A stretch of 64,000 bases of DNA, from NCBI GenBank assembly GCA_963775685.1, contig CAVZJV010000014.1, positions 672,001 to 736,000 of the forward strand. Direction: 5' to 3'. The stretch is from Candidatus Bathyarchaeota archaeon. GTDB taxonomy: Archaea > Thermoproteota > Bathyarchaeia > Bathyarchaeales > Bathycorpusculaceae. Under the pieces are notes generated by a model, which worked only from the letters and a program-made list of their open reading frames with translations, did not search any database and was not told the origin of the DNA. Made by a program: the position numbers and the translations under genes. Of this stretch, positions 39,184 through 50,320 are shown piece after piece; position 1 is the first letter of the stretch, and every line of letters begins with the position of its first letter.

Positions 39184-40530
39184 TTATTGTGCTCCTTCAA
39201 AGATTTTGTCCTGTGGAAGCGTACGCGGCGAGAATTCACCTGCAATGTTGGTTTTCAAGAGCTTCTTTGCTTCTTCGGGATCTTCGGTTTGACCGAGAAC
39301 CCACATGAGTTTGACAAGTCCTGTTTCAGAGAACATATCATCGAGGGAAACTACGCCAAACGACAGCAAGTCACGTCCTGTGTCGTACACGTTCATGTTC
39401 ACGCGCCCCCAGATGCACTGGGAAGCCAAAGCAACCACCACGCCCTTGCCTATGGCGGTTTTGATGCTCTCAAAGCAGAATTTGCTCACATGCCCCAAAC
39501 CTGAGCCTTCCAGCAAAATGCCCTTAATGCCCCTGTAGACGTAGTAGTCGATGATTGATGGGTCAAATCCAGGATAAAACTTTACCAACGCCACTTTCTC
39601 ACTGAAATTTGGCTTTAGAATAAGCTTTTTCTTTGCATCACGGGGCTGGTACTCGTCGGATTGCATGGTTACGTGGAGGTCTTTAACTTTGGCGATGGGG
39701 AAGCCGTTGATCGATTTGAAGGTGTCTCGGCGACTTGTGTGGCACTTGCGCACTTTGGTTCCCCTGTGAACCACTATGGCTGTGTCAGAGACTGTTTGAT
39801 GCATTGCTAAACCGACTTCTGCGAACGGTGCTTCTCCTGCTACTTTCACAGCGCCAATAAGGTTGGTTGCGGCATCGCTGCTGGGTCTGTCAGAAGAACG
39901 CTGGGCACCGACAAGGAGGACTGGAACAGGAAGATTCTGAAGTGCAAAACTCAAAGCGGCTGAAGTGTAAGCCATCGTGTCAGTACCATGGGCAATAACC
40001 ACTCCATCGACGCCTGCTTCGATTCGCTTGGCAACGGTTTCCGCCAGCTCTCTCCAGTGCTTTTGGGTGATGTTTTCGCTATATAGACTGAAGACGATTT
40101 CTGTGTCAACCCGAGCCACATCTGCAAGCTCAGGAACGACTCCGTAGAGGTCGCTGGCTGAAATTGCTGAGCGCACTGCGCCTGTGCGGTAGTCTACTCT
40201 GCTGGCGATCGTTCCGCCTGTGCTCATTATGACAACGTGGGGCAATGCTGGATTTTGTTTGGGAATCGGCGGAGACGCGAAAGCGGGTCTGATGCCTTTT
40301 CCGACTTTTTCGATTTTGACGCCTTCAGTGACTTTGATGCCTACGTTGTAGCCACTCTTCATCTTAACGATGACAACCGTGCCTTCGCCTAGTTCCGAGC
40401 GGGGAATCAGTATGCCCTCGTAAACCTTGCCTTTGCTGGTGACTTTGATGATGTCGCCGATGTCGCAGTCGGTTTGCTTAAGCAGAAGTAGTGCTTCGCC
40501 TTTGTAACCTGAATTTTCAATTTGACTCAT
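39184..40530 (-). CDS. gatD: Glu-tRNA(Gln) amidotransferase subunit D
   Basis: TGGTIASRVDY, HGTDTM, GAQRSSDRPSSD, HTSRRD. Confidence 0.96.
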   Translation of the reverse strand: MSQIENSGYKGEALLLLKQTDCDIGDIIKVTSKGKVYEGILIPRSELGEGTVVIVKMKSGYNVGIKVTEGVKIEKVGKGIRPAFASPPIPKQNPALPHVVIMSTGGTIASRVDYRTGAVRSAISASDLYGVVPELADVARVDTEIVFSLYSENITQKHWRELAETVAKRIEAGVDGVVIAHGTDTMAYTSAALSFALQNLPVPVLLVGAQRSSDRPSSDAATNLIGAVKVAGEAPFAEVGLAMHQTVSDTAIVVHRGTKVRKCHTSRRDTFKSINGFPIAKVKDLHVTMQSDEYQPRDAKKKLILKPNFSEKVALVKFYPGFDPSIIDYYVYRGIKGILLEGSGLGHVSKFCFESIKTAIGKGVVVALASQCIWGRVNMNVYDTGRDLLSFGVVSLDDMFSETGLVKLMWVLGQTEDPEEAKKLLKTNIAGEFSPRTLPQDKIFEGAQ

Positions 40531-40532
40531 AC

Positions 40533-42128
40533 CTATTTCTCCAGTTTTTTGGAAACGTAAACTCCGTCGGTTTCATAACCGAAACGCATATAGTACCTTC
40601 TTGTTCCTAATGCGCTGATAACTAAAAGCTTTTTCAATCCGAGTTCTTCGGTAGCCAAATGTTCAGCCTCTTTTAGGAGGATTTGCCCATATCCCTTATG
40701 TTGCCATGCGGCTTCGAAGTGTTTTCCAATAGGAACAAGTTGACCGTAAACGTGGAGTTCCCTGATAATTGCCGAGGGAACAACAGTGATTTCTGTCCTA
40801 TGTGCTTTCGCGGATGGGACGCGCATGCGCAAGAAGCCGAGCAACACATTGTTTTCTGAGTCTTCTGCTGAAATGAAAAATTCTTTGCCTTCTGAGGCAT
40901 CGTAGCGCTGGGTTATGATTTTGATTTTATCCAAATCAGGCTCAACATGGTCAACTGCTAATCGGTGCCCGACTTCGCGGCAGCGAATACATTGGCATTG
41001 AATACCCTGCGCTTTGAGCTTAGATTGGACAAGCTCTCGCACATCGCTCTTCTTTACGCCTGCCAAAATGAGCCTTGCGGGAATGTCACGTTGCACCCGC
41101 ATCACCCTTACCCATTGAGGTATAGTTTTTTTAATTTCGGCAATTACGTTTGCAGCTTCTTCGGTTGTATAGGGCTCAAACGTGCCGTTTTTGTACCACT
41201 CGTAGGTTTTGGTGCCTGCGATTGTTAGGCAGGGGTATATTTTTATCATGTCTGGTTTAAAAACTGAATCTGTGAAAACGCGGTTGAAAGCCACAATGTC
41301 TTTTTCAGGGTTGGACCCAGGCAGTCCCGGCATCATGTGATAAACAATTTTCAGTCCAGCGTCTTTGGCTATACGTGTCGCTTCAACCACATCTGAAACT
41401 GTGTGGGTTCTTCCCACTAAACGGTAAATCGCGTCGTCAGGATTCTGCACCCCAAGTTCAATTCGGGTCACACCCATGTCAAGCATTGCGTCGACGTGAG
41501 GCTGCTTTGCCCAGTCGGGTCGGGTTTCAACCGTTATGCCTACGTTGCGGGTTTCGCTGACTTCTGCGTTGGCTTTTGCCTCTTTCAAACTCTTTGAGGT
41601 TTTTCCTGTTAAGGCATCTAGGCTACGCTGAATAAACCAACTTTGATACTCCAAAGGGGTAGCTGGGAAAGTTCCGCCCATAACGATCAACTCAACTTTA
41701 TCGACCTTGTGCCCTATGGCATTGAGTTGACCGATGCGGCTTTGCACCTGCTCAGAGGGGTCAAAGAGGTTTTGTGCTCCACGCAACGCTGCAGGCTCAA
41801 ATCCTGTATAGCTTTGAGGGGAACCTTGGGTTGGCCCTCCTGGGCAGTAAGCGCATGGTTCAGGTTGTGGACAGGGATATGGTTTGGTCATGATGGCAAT
41901 TACAGTTACACCCGATATGGTTCGGGTGGCTTTTCGCTTTAGAATTGGCAGGAGCTTATCGATTTCCTGTGGTGTTAATGCTCTTATTAAATCGGCGTTT
42001 GCTGGGACAGCTTCTAAGTGGTACTTTGCGGCTGTTTTGATTTTTAAACGATTAACATCCTCGTGAGTGGGCGATGCCATCGAAAGAAGGGTTGTAAGTA
42101 TTTCTCTGAGGGCAATTTGATTGTTCAA
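40533..42128 (-). CDS. elp3: Elp3 tRNA U34 acetyltransferase (radical SAM plus GNAT)
   Basis: C....C.YCPGG, MGGTF, ETRPD, RELHVYG, QHKGYG. Confidence 0.95.
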   Translation of the reverse strand: MNNQIALREILTTLLSMASPTHEDVNRLKIKTAAKYHLEAVPANADLIRALTPQEIDKLLPILKRKATRTISGVTVIAIMTKPYPCPQPEPCAYCPGGPTQGSPQSYTGFEPAALRGAQNLFDPSEQVQSRIGQLNAIGHKVDKVELIVMGGTFPATPLEYQSWFIQRSLDALTGKTSKSLKEAKANAEVSETRNVGITVETRPDWAKQPHVDAMLDMGVTRIELGVQNPDDAIYRLVGRTHTVSDVVEATRIAKDAGLKIVYHMMPGLPGSNPEKDIVAFNRVFTDSVFKPDMIKIYPCLTIAGTKTYEWYKNGTFEPYTTEEAANVIAEIKKTIPQWVRVMRVQRDIPARLILAGVKKSDVRELVQSKLKAQGIQCQCIRCREVGHRLAVDHVEPDLDKIKIITQRYDASEGKEFFISAEDSENNVLLGFLRMRVPSAKAHRTEITVVPSAIIRELHVYGQLVPIGKHFEAAWQHKGYGQILLKEAEHLATEELGLKKLLVISALGTRRYYMRFGYETDGVYVSKKLEK

Positions 42129-42213
42129 GGGGAAGTACCAAAATAAGCTTAAGATTACAGATAAATAAACTGCACTTTCTTGAAATAGAATTTTAGCTCG
42201 AAAAAAGTTCTGC

Positions 42214-42375
42214 TTAAACCCAGTTTTGCCCAGCTTTCCGCTGCAGAATCACTCGTTTTTCGTAGTTGCGTCGGGTGCGGTTTTTTGGGCTTGGCGAAGT
42301 TCTTTCTCGAGCTTGGATTTTTGGCGTTTGAGAACGAACTTTTCCAGCTTTGGATAGTGAACCGTGAGTTGGCAT
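42214..42375 (-). CDS. rps30e: 30S ribosomal protein S30e (not in ORF track)
   Basis: Manual translation [53 protein letters not shown]. Confidence 0.95.
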   Translation of the reverse strand: MPTHGSLSKAGKVRSQTPKIQARERTSPSPKNRTRRNYEKRVILQRKAGQNWV

Positions 42376-42628
42376 ATTTTATACCTTTGGCAGATGAAAG
42401 TGAAACGTTGAACTTAAACCTTTACCCACCCAAAATCACTTCGAAACCAACATGCCACACCACACAGTTATTTTTTCCATACCACCACTATTTAAAAGCA
42501 AAACGAGTTAATCAGAAAAGTCTGTTGTTCTCGAGACCACCCTACTAATCTATAGTTTCAACAGCTAGTTCAACTTCCACTGCCAATGCTCGGCTTAAAC
42601 GGTTTTGTTTAACCGCCTCCGTGAGCTT

Positions 42629-43468
42629 CTATTTCCTTTTAAATTCTCGTCGCACATCTTCAAGTTTTGAGCCAATGATTTCAACATCATCAATTTTGCC
42701 GAGCCCTTTTTTGTGGGCTGTTCGTATGTGGCTAATTTCGTGAGGATCAATGCCCATGGCACGTGCACATGTTGCGTCGGTGGCGACAGGATCCTTGCCT
42801 GCTATAATTAGGTCCATTTTGACTGGGTCTCCGTCGGTAGGTCCTTTGCCCTCCATGGCTACAAAACCGTCAATTACGGTTAGGTTGGGTTTTATGACTG
42901 TGTTTATGTCGACTATAACTTTGCTTATGCCCTTAGCATGGTATTTTGCTTTGAATTTGTCTGGAATAAGCCCGAACATGTTTTTCATGCCCAAAGTAAC
43001 TTTGGTAGCTATGTGTGTTTTCATCTTGGCTGCGCTAATTATCGCGGATTCCGTAACAAAGCGGGGAACGGTTATGGATTTGAGAGTTTCGCAGCTGGGA
43101 ACAGTAAGTTTGACTTTGTCTTTAACGTGACGCAGGTTAAGGCATTCAACACCATATTGTTTGCACATCTCCGCCATGCCTGTGGCTTTGAAAGCTTTAT
43201 CCGCGTTTGTCATGGTTGCGTCGGATTCCACAACGTAGATTTCAACTGGCAAGTTCTTCAACCGTTGAATTATCGCTTCAACAACGATTGGGTCAGTTGT
43301 TGCTCCTGTATCCCAAGTCATAGTTGTTATAAAGTTTACTTTTATCAGAACCTTCTTGAAACCGGTCAAAGCCGATCCATAATCTATCAAATCCAAGGCT
43401 TTAAACACGGGACCAAATCCGCGCTCGCCTTTAACAATTGCCACCGTTGATTTTTCCGTAAAAGACAC
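42629..43468 (-). CDS. DUF362 domain protein
   Basis: VLIKVN, TTDP, K.KTH...TLGMKNMFG, EG.GP..G, DPVATD. Confidence 0.88.
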   Translation of the reverse strand: MSFTEKSTVAIVKGERGFGPVFKALDLIDYGSALTGFKKVLIKVNFITTMTWDTGATTDPIVVEAIIQRLKNLPVEIYVVESDATMTNADKAFKATGMAEMCKQYGVECLNLRHVKDKVKLTVPSCETLKSITVPRFVTESAIISAAKMKTHIATKVTLGMKNMFGLIPDKFKAKYHAKGISKVIVDINTVIKPNLTVIDGFVAMEGKGPTDGDPVKMDLIIAGKDPVATDATCARAMGIDPHEISHIRTAHKKGLGKIDDVEIIGSKLEDVRREFKRK

Positions 43469-43509
43469 CTATTGTTTATGGTTTGAAGGGTGGTTTAAAG
43501 TTTTTATGA

Positions 43510-44391
43510 TTACAGCAGAACCCCAGTGATTAATCCCAAAGCTAAGCCCAGCAAAATAGGGAAAGGCAATCCGGGAAAAATGCCTTTTTTCTCCAGCGCT
43601 AAGAACGTTAAGATGGAGCCTGCGAGGATGCCTGCTATCGCCATTATAGTTGGTAATAAGTTTGGTATGAAGTTAAAGAACACAACACCAATCAGCATCG
43701 AATAGAACACGAGGTCACCTAGCCCCATCTGGATATCCTTAAATGAGAAACTCAAACCCTGCAGTTGATCAAGCCCCGAGGACTGCGCTATCTTGCCAAC
43801 TGGACCTTTATAAACGGCAATGACATCATAGACCGCCAAAAAAACCAAAAGCACAATTGCACTGTAGAGCGGAATAAATTTACCGAAGAAAATACCCAAA
43901 GCACCACCTATTATGACCACTGCAACGTTTCGAGCATTGCTACCTGAGCGAAAGACGGCAAGGTCGAAGAGCACAGTTATGACTACAGATAAGGCAATTA
44001 GCACCAGTATGTCATCAATTATTGGGAAAAACGCTAAAAGCGCCGACAAATAAACCATGGACAGCAATAGCGAGGCAGTAGTCAAGGCAACCACGATTAA
44101 GCCTTTGATGACTTTTTTGTTTTTGCGCTTAATCAGGAAATAAAATAAGGTAGCACTTATTGCTATGAGTATAACAAAGTATAGTGCGTTGCCAACAGGT
44201 GCCCCAGGGGTGGTTTCAGGAATAGGTGTGACTGGAATAGCTTCGGACTGCTGAGGCGCAAGCAGGTATGCGCAGCCTAAGCCGAATAGCAGGCTAGCAA
44301 GTATCGGGACTAAATAAACTATTTGGAACTTGAAGTTATCCTGCTCTTTCTGCAGAGGTTTTTGCGGTTCAGTTTTCAGTTGCTCAGTCAC
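43510..44391 (-). CDS. Presenilin-like GxGD intramembrane aspartyl protease
   Basis: VYD, GLGD and PGLP motifs in TM context. Confidence 0.88.
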   Translation of the reverse strand: MTEQLKTEPQKPLQKEQDNFKFQIVYLVPILASLLFGLGCAYLLAPQQSEAIPVTPIPETTPGAPVGNALYFVILIAISATLFYFLIKRKNKKVIKGLIVVALTTASLLLSMVYLSALLAFFPIIDDILVLIALSVVITVLFDLAVFRSGSNARNVAVVIIGGALGIFFGKFIPLYSAIVLLVFLAVYDVIAVYKGPVGKIAQSSGLDQLQGLSFSFKDIQMGLGDLVFYSMLIGVVFFNFIPNLLPTIMAIAGILAGSILTFLALEKKGIFPGLPFPILLGLALGLITGVLL

Positions 44392-44396
44392 GTTTC

Positions 44397-44948
44397 TTAC
44401 CCTAAATTGCTAATCGATATCGCCGCTTGCAAATAACATTCGTCACATAACAAGTTTTGCTTCCTGTCCGTGTCAAAAATGGAGTTTGAGAAATGCATAA
44501 CACACATGGAACGGGGACAGTGTCTAACGCCTAAAGTGTGTCCTAACTCGTGAATTGCCTCTTTTTTCGCCCGCAAAAGGTAGACTGAATTGTCTGGTTT
44601 GTCTTTGTAGAACTCAGGTTTTAGCCGCCAAAGCGAAACCAGCGCCGCCACACCCGGAATGTAGGCCTCACCGAACACATAGTTTAAGCCAAAAGCGTAG
44701 ATATCAGCATCTACCACGCCGAGAATGCATTGGAAATCCTGCCTTTTAGCTGCCTGAAGTCGGACCTCATTGAGAATCAACGCGGAGTTGTATTGGCTGC
44801 GTTTTCTGTCAAAGGCAGCCTCGGAAATAGGCAAGGCTTCGTTAATTACAATTGCGGTGGTTTCAGGGTAGGTTCTTGATACGCCTTCGGCTATGGCAGC
44901 CAGAACCTCTGGGGCAACTTGCCCAACCTTTAAAATCCCAACTTTCAT
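44397..44948 (-). CDS. amzA: Archaemetzincin Zn protease
   Basis: HELGHTLGVRHC...CVM.FSNS...D.K...C..C. Confidence 0.9.
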   Translation of the reverse strand: MKVGILKVGQVAPEVLAAIAEGVSRTYPETTAIVINEALPISEAAFDRKRSQYNSALILNEVRLQAAKRQDFQCILGVVDADIYAFGLNYVFGEAYIPGVAALVSLWRLKPEFYKDKPDNSVYLLRAKKEAIHELGHTLGVRHCPRSMCVMHFSNSIFDTDRKQNLLCDECYLQAAISISNLG

Positions 44949-44958
44949 ATTTGACAGC

Positions 44959-46225
44959 CTAAATTTGATAGGTTTCTCCGGTTCTCGGAGCGACAGCATC
45001 TAAGCCCAACTCAGTTTTTGCCCAGTTCGCAAAGAGTTCACAGTTTCCTTCTGCGCCGTGCACCACAAAGACCTTTGGGTTGCCCCCCAGCCTTGTCAAC
45101 GCCTCTTTGAGTTTGCTCGCGCCGCAATGCGACGAGAAATCAAAATGCCGATACTGCGCCTTAATTTTGCGAACTTGCCCATCGATAGTACAGACGCCCT
45201 TCTCCATAAGCTCCCTTCCAGGTGTGCCCGGTATTTGATAGCTGACCAAAAAGACGGCATTATTGGCTTTCTTGCCTAATTTGGAAACATAGAATGCTGC
45301 TGGACCGCCTTTTAGCATGCCTGCAGTTGAAATTATGACGCCAGGAGTTTTGAGGGCTTTGCGTCGGTCTCGCCAGCCTTCCACCCATTCGGCTGAGTGC
45401 ATGGCATTCATGAAGAGTTTGGGGTCTTTGAGAAATTCTTTGTAGTTCATGATGACGCGACTTGCTTCCCGTGCCATGCCATCTAGTGTTACAGGGTAAT
45501 CAAAATGGTGAGCCGCCAATACACGTCGCCATCTCCTGTGAACGCCCCACACCAAAAGAAGGCACAAGAACCGTTCCGCCCGCTTCAACAACATCCGTGC
45601 AGGCTTCAACAAATTGTTTTTCAAGCGTTAAGCGTTCAGTGTGGTCCGCATCTGCATACGTACTTTCTATAACTACCGCGTCTAAATCGCCATAGTCCAT
45701 GGATGCACCTGCTAGCAGTTTGCTGTCCTCCAGATTGAAATCGCCAGTGTAGAGGATACGTTTGCCTTCTGCTTCAATTAGCACTTGCGAGCTACCAGGG
45801 GTATGACCAGCGTTGAACAACTTTATCTTCATATCACCGATGGGTTCTTCAACACCAAAATCCAAGTGCGTGTTACTATGCATCATAGTTTTTAGCTCAA
45901 GGTATTCAAAAGGTAAGTAGTAGCTGGATAGATGGATGAAGTCTTGGACGAGAAGCTGAGTCAATTCCAAGCTGAGTTTGTTGGTGTAGAGGGGTTTTTT
46001 GTCATTGATGTAGAAGATGGGGATGGCACCGGAGTGGTCCAAGTGGCTATGAGTTAAAATCACGGCGTCAACGTCTTTGGGGGGAATATGCATAGGGAAC
46101 CCAGGTTCGTTGTCAAGCATAACCCCGTAATCGCAGACAACCTGAGTTTTCTCTGTCTTAACTGTTATTCCAATTCTGCCGACTTCGCGTGCTCCACCTA
46201 AAAATCCAATTTGCAAACAGACCAA
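44959..46225 (-). CDS. MBL-fold beta-CASP ribonuclease (aCPSF2-like), one frameshift at ~45525
   Basis: GGAREVGR, HSHLDH, AGH, ESTY, GRSQE / AGML.GG, FSSH, VHG. Confidence 0.85.
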
Positions 46226-46269
46226 TCCTTACTGTTAACATTTAACGATTAAAAATGAACTAAGCTGTT

Positions 46270-46880
46270 TTAAAAATGTATTGACCCTTGGTTTACCTGC
46301 GCCGAGACCAAGCCCTTCTTTACGCCTTCAAAATTGAGCCGATATCCAGCGAGGCGTCAACCTTATTGTAAACACTGAATAACTCGGACACTTGATGTGC
46401 GTCACTCCCTGCGGTTCCTGGCAAGCCCAAGTTTTTAGCTAATTCTTTTGCCTCGTTGTTTGCGGTTTGGCTGGAGCCGCCGTTTAGGACTTCGATAGCG
46501 TCAACCTTGTAATTTCTGGCACGTTCACCCATACCATACATCCTGAAAGGATGAGCAACAATGGAAACGCCGCCGACAGACCTAGCAAAGTCGACCACAA
46601 CTTCAGGAGTCCAGGGCTTAGGTGGCAACTCGTAAGTGCCTAAAACTACCATATCCCCCTGCTTTGTGCTGATTTCAACACCTGGAATAACCAAAATGTC
46701 AGAGTAAGCCGAAGCCAACTCAACTGTCGCCCTGCAACCCCTCACGGTATCATGGTCAGTGACGGCTGCAACTTTAATGAAAGTGTGAGCTACAAGCATG
46801 TCAACAAGCGTTTTAGGTTGGACAATGGAATCTGCAGAATAAATCGTGTGAATGTGGAAGTCGGCATACAGAGGTTCTAT
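46270..46880 (-). CDS. PHP-domain phosphoesterase; probable ATA start and indel at ~46322
   Basis: DFHIHT.YS.D lies upstream of the first ATG; TDHD, AHP, GSDAH; shifted tail KKGLVSA. Confidence 0.8.
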
Positions 46881-46956
46881 AGTTACATCTCCATGAATAT
46901 CAAGGGCAAAGATTACTAATATATTTCAGCTACTTGAAGTAAAAAAAGTTTCCGCG

Positions 46957-48596
46957 CTATCTCGTTTCAAGTTTTCCGCTTAAGTGTCCCCGCAAAATAT
47001 CTTCTAAGCAGATGAAAATGTCTCTGCTTCCTTGCACGTTGGCGTCGACAGAATCAAACCTTAAATTAACAGTTTTGCAGGCGTCTGAGCAGGCTCTTTT
47101 GACGGTGTCCTCCAGTGCTTGGGGTCATTTAGCAAAACAACGCTTTTGTAGGTTGATCGTTTGACGTATTCTGCTGTTTGATTAGCTACGTAATCAGCAG
47201 TTTCACAATCGAACGGATGGGCAATTTCGTGTTGAGAAAGTGGATAAACTTCATCGAGCTCCAATGGAACCAAACCAAACGGAGCTGAATAAATGCAGAC
47301 ATGCACCTGAACACAAAGCTCATTTCCCAAGCTTCTGAATAGTTGCCTGATTTTCTTGAACTCGGGTGCTTTGTGGAAGGGTTTATTTCGGGTTTGGGGC
47401 ACAAGCAAAAGCAAACTCGCGTCTTGGGGCGGAGTGTACCGTTCGCTAAGGCGTTTTCGGTAATGGGTTATTTCTGGTCGTAAGAGTCCCACTGAGTCGA
47501 AGTAGAAGAAACCGCTTCTTTTGGAGGTTGGACTGTAGGTTTCGAGTAAATCTTCGTGGGTGCGTAAGCGTTTTAGTGCTGAGAGCAACGCTGGGTGAGC
47601 GTGCAGTCGCATTTCGGTGTGCTCCCAGAGCCTGCCGTCGCGGATAGCTTGTTTGATGCGGCGTAGTTCGGCTATGCAAACGTAAAGGTTGTGTTCAGCC
47701 AGGAAGACTTCTCTTTCTTTGGGTGACCTTAGCTCTAAGCCTCTTGGCGTTTCAGAGGAGCACCTTGGGCAGCTGCATGGGAAATAGTCCAGTTCGTTTA
47801 AGCGCCATGTGCCGTTTTCGGTCATGTACCGGTTTTCCCGTGCATACAATGCGTATGCTGCGGAGTCGAAAAGGTCGCAGCCCAAAGAGACTGCCAGTGA
47901 GAACATGGATGGGTGTCCGGCGCCAAATAAGTGCAGGGGCCGCTCCATTGGGATACCTCTCTTGCAAGTTAATATCATATCAGCCAAGACGTCATAACGG
48001 TAGTTTTCCATGACTTCCGTTGGGCTGCCCAAAGCATGGATTGGAAAAGGTAACTTTCCCATTTCGACTGCTGAATTAGCTACCAAATCAAGGTGTTTTC
48101 CACCCTGCACTGGTCCAACCCACAAGATGTCGTTACGGGTTTTTTCTTTAAAGAACGCTTTGGCGCGCCGCAGGGTTTCTGCCACAGTAACTTCTGCTTG
48201 TTCTTTAGTGACTTTCCAGCCTGTGGGAATGTCGAGGATGGTGGCGATATCACTGCCAATGCCCTCTTGATAAGCAACGATTTCTTTTTGGGAAACGTCA
48301 ACATCGCCGTAAACAAGAATTTGATAAGCTCCTGAATCAGTCATGACTGTGCCGTCATAATTGAGGAACTTGTGCAAACCCAACTCTAAGGGTTTATTGT
48401 CATATCGTTTTTTGATGATGTAAGAGTTAGTTATAACTGCTTGGAAGCCAAAGGTGTCCTTGAGTTTTTGGGGTGGTATAGGTTGGATGCTGGGGTTGAT
48501 GACTGGAAACAAAAGCGGGGTTTCTATTGTGCCACTCTTGGTTTTTAGTTTGCCGATTCTACCAAGTAAATCTTTTTCTTTGATTTCGAAGCTCAA
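46957..48596 (-). CDS. tgtA: Archaeosine tRNA-guanine(15) transglycosylase; probable indel near C-terminus (~47110)
   Basis: MTDSGAYQ, LDIP, QGG, HLFGAGHP, DLFDSA, CSC..C, HNL. Confidence 0.93.
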
Positions 48597-48699
48597 GGTG
48601 AAACCTAAACATGAAACGCTACCCTCTTATAAAAAACATTAGCCTTTAGGCATCCTTATATCGCTTTGTTTCTCTAAATACCCAACGAAGTGCACAGTC

Positions 48700-49449
48700 A
48701 TGGTCTGCTCAATTGACATAAGCAAAAAACCAACATTAAACGATCCAATCCTAATCGAAGGACTACCAGGAATAGGATATGTAGCGAACATCGCAGCCCT
48801 GCATTTAATTAAAGAGCTGAAAGCCATAAGGTTTGTACAAATCTTCTCCTCGTCTTTCCAGGATTTTGCAATAACCACCGGCGATGGTGGAGCCCGAACA
48901 CCAATAAACGAACTCTACTATGCCAAAAGGGATGGGGAACGCGACCTTATCATTTGGTATGGGAACACGCAAGCGCTGACCACTGTTGGGCAGTACGAGT
49001 TAGTTGGGAAAGTACTCGACATCGCTCAAGAATCGGGCTGTCGATTCGTAATTTCCATTGGCGGATTCAAAAAGGATGAAGCGCTACCTGTGCCGGGAAT
49101 CTACAGCACAGCCACCGATTTGGAGACGATGCAGCAGGCGCTTGACCTTGGCACAAAAGTTATGGTTGGACATGTATTTGGCATCGCAGGCTTATCGATT
49201 GGGTTGGCTAGGATTAGGGATATGAAGGGTTTCTCGCTGCTGGTGGATACGCCGGGAATGAACCCTGACGTAAACGCTGCACGCTATGCTTTACTCACAT
49301 TGGGCAAATATCTATACTTGGATATTGATTTATCTGGACTGGAAGCCACGGGCGACGAAATCAAAAAGATGCTTGAGTCTTTCGGCGTTATAAGGAGCAT
49401 TACAGAAGAAAAGAAGAAAGAGGAGCAACAACTCCGCTGGTTCATCTAA
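48700..49449 (+). CDS. PAC2-family (proteasome assembly chaperone-like) protein
   Basis: IEGLPGIGYVA, SIGG, D..AA. Confidence 0.85.
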   Translation: MVCSIDISKKPTLNDPILIEGLPGIGYVANIAALHLIKELKAIRFVQIFSSSFQDFAITTGDGGARTPINELYYAKRDGERDLIIWYGNTQALTTVGQYELVGKVLDIAQESGCRFVISIGGFKKDEALPVPGIYSTATDLETMQQALDLGTKVMVGHVFGIAGLSIGLARIRDMKGFSLLVDTPGMNPDVNAARYALLTLGKYLYLDIDLSGLEATGDEIKKMLESFGVIRSITEEKKKEEQQLRWFI

Positions 49450-49874
49450 CTTAGGTTTTTGGCTTCGCTTGTGAAAGTATCATAGACTTTCTGGACTCGG
49501 TCAGCGGCTGGTCCTGAACCTTCCACGACTCCGCGTTCAGTTAGTTTCACTTTGTCCATAACCCAGATAAAGCCTTTATCATCATAGAGTTTAACCATAG
49601 TTGGGAAAACTTTTTCTAGTCTATTGGCTAATGCTTTGAGGTCGAAGGGTTTTTCTGCGCTGGAAATGGACATAACGATAGACCCGTTGAGGACTAGGCG
49701 GTTGAGGAGTTTTCCAGACTCGTCTTTTACGTCGGTTAGGCTGAGGCTTAGGTTGTCAGGGTTTATGCCGATGAGTGTTCCGTTGAATATTTTTCCGTTA
49801 GTTGTAACGACAGCGACATTTTTATCGGCTAACGCTGCCACATCAGTGAAATATTTTCTTTGCGCTACAGACAA
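49446..49874 (-). CDS. Lsm-family protein with C-terminal domain (SmAP3-like)
   Basis: Sm fold plus FDL..LA..LE..FP..VK...V.EGSGP.A. Confidence 0.85.
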   Translation of the reverse strand: MSVAQRKYFTDVAALADKNVAVVTTNGKIFNGTLIGINPDNLSLSLTDVKDESGKLLNRLVLNGSIVMSISSAEKPFDLKALANRLEKVFPTMVKLYDDKGFIWVMDKVKLTERGVVEGSGPAADRVQKVYDTFTSEAKNLS

Positions 49875-50007
49875 CTTTTTATTTCTCCTTGATTGTTACA
49901 TGAAATTGCATTACAACTATTTATCTTTAATAGCACCAACCGAAGCGACTAATAAAAAACTACCAAAAAAGCACATTAAAAGTTTTTTAACGTTGGGAGG
50001 GTTGCTC

Positions 50008-50103
50008 TTGGGTAGGATAACAGAAAGTATTGAAGCTTGGCTACTCAGTGGAATGATGCAATTTTCTCCGACTATATCTCCACCGACAACTATATTGCAA
50101 TAG
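50008..50103 (+). CDS. Candidate 31-aa small protein
   Basis: TATA TTTTTTAA, SD GGAGG and TTG start; MGRITESIEAWLLSGMMQFSPTISPPTTILQ. Confidence 0.3.
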   Translation: MGRITESIEAWLLSGMMQFSPTISPPTTILQ

Positions 50104-50320
50104 CTGGAACTCATCAAAGGTAGTGCTTACTCATCAAGACTCTGACCATTTTTTATTTTTACTACATTTATAGCTTACAATTCTCAGTATTCTGAATCCA
50201 TAACCGATTTATTATTAATTCTGCACAGTTATCACAATTTGGGGCATGACTAATACAAATACTTAATCAAGAGTTCGCGGTCGAAGTAGACATTACCAAC
50301 TTAGAACCCTCAGACAAAAA

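Noticed and set aside
50109-50137. Two TTGATGA boxes on the minus strand (also ATGATGA at 53699) as a C/D box sRNA
   Set aside because: No CTGA D/D' boxes at the expected spacing.
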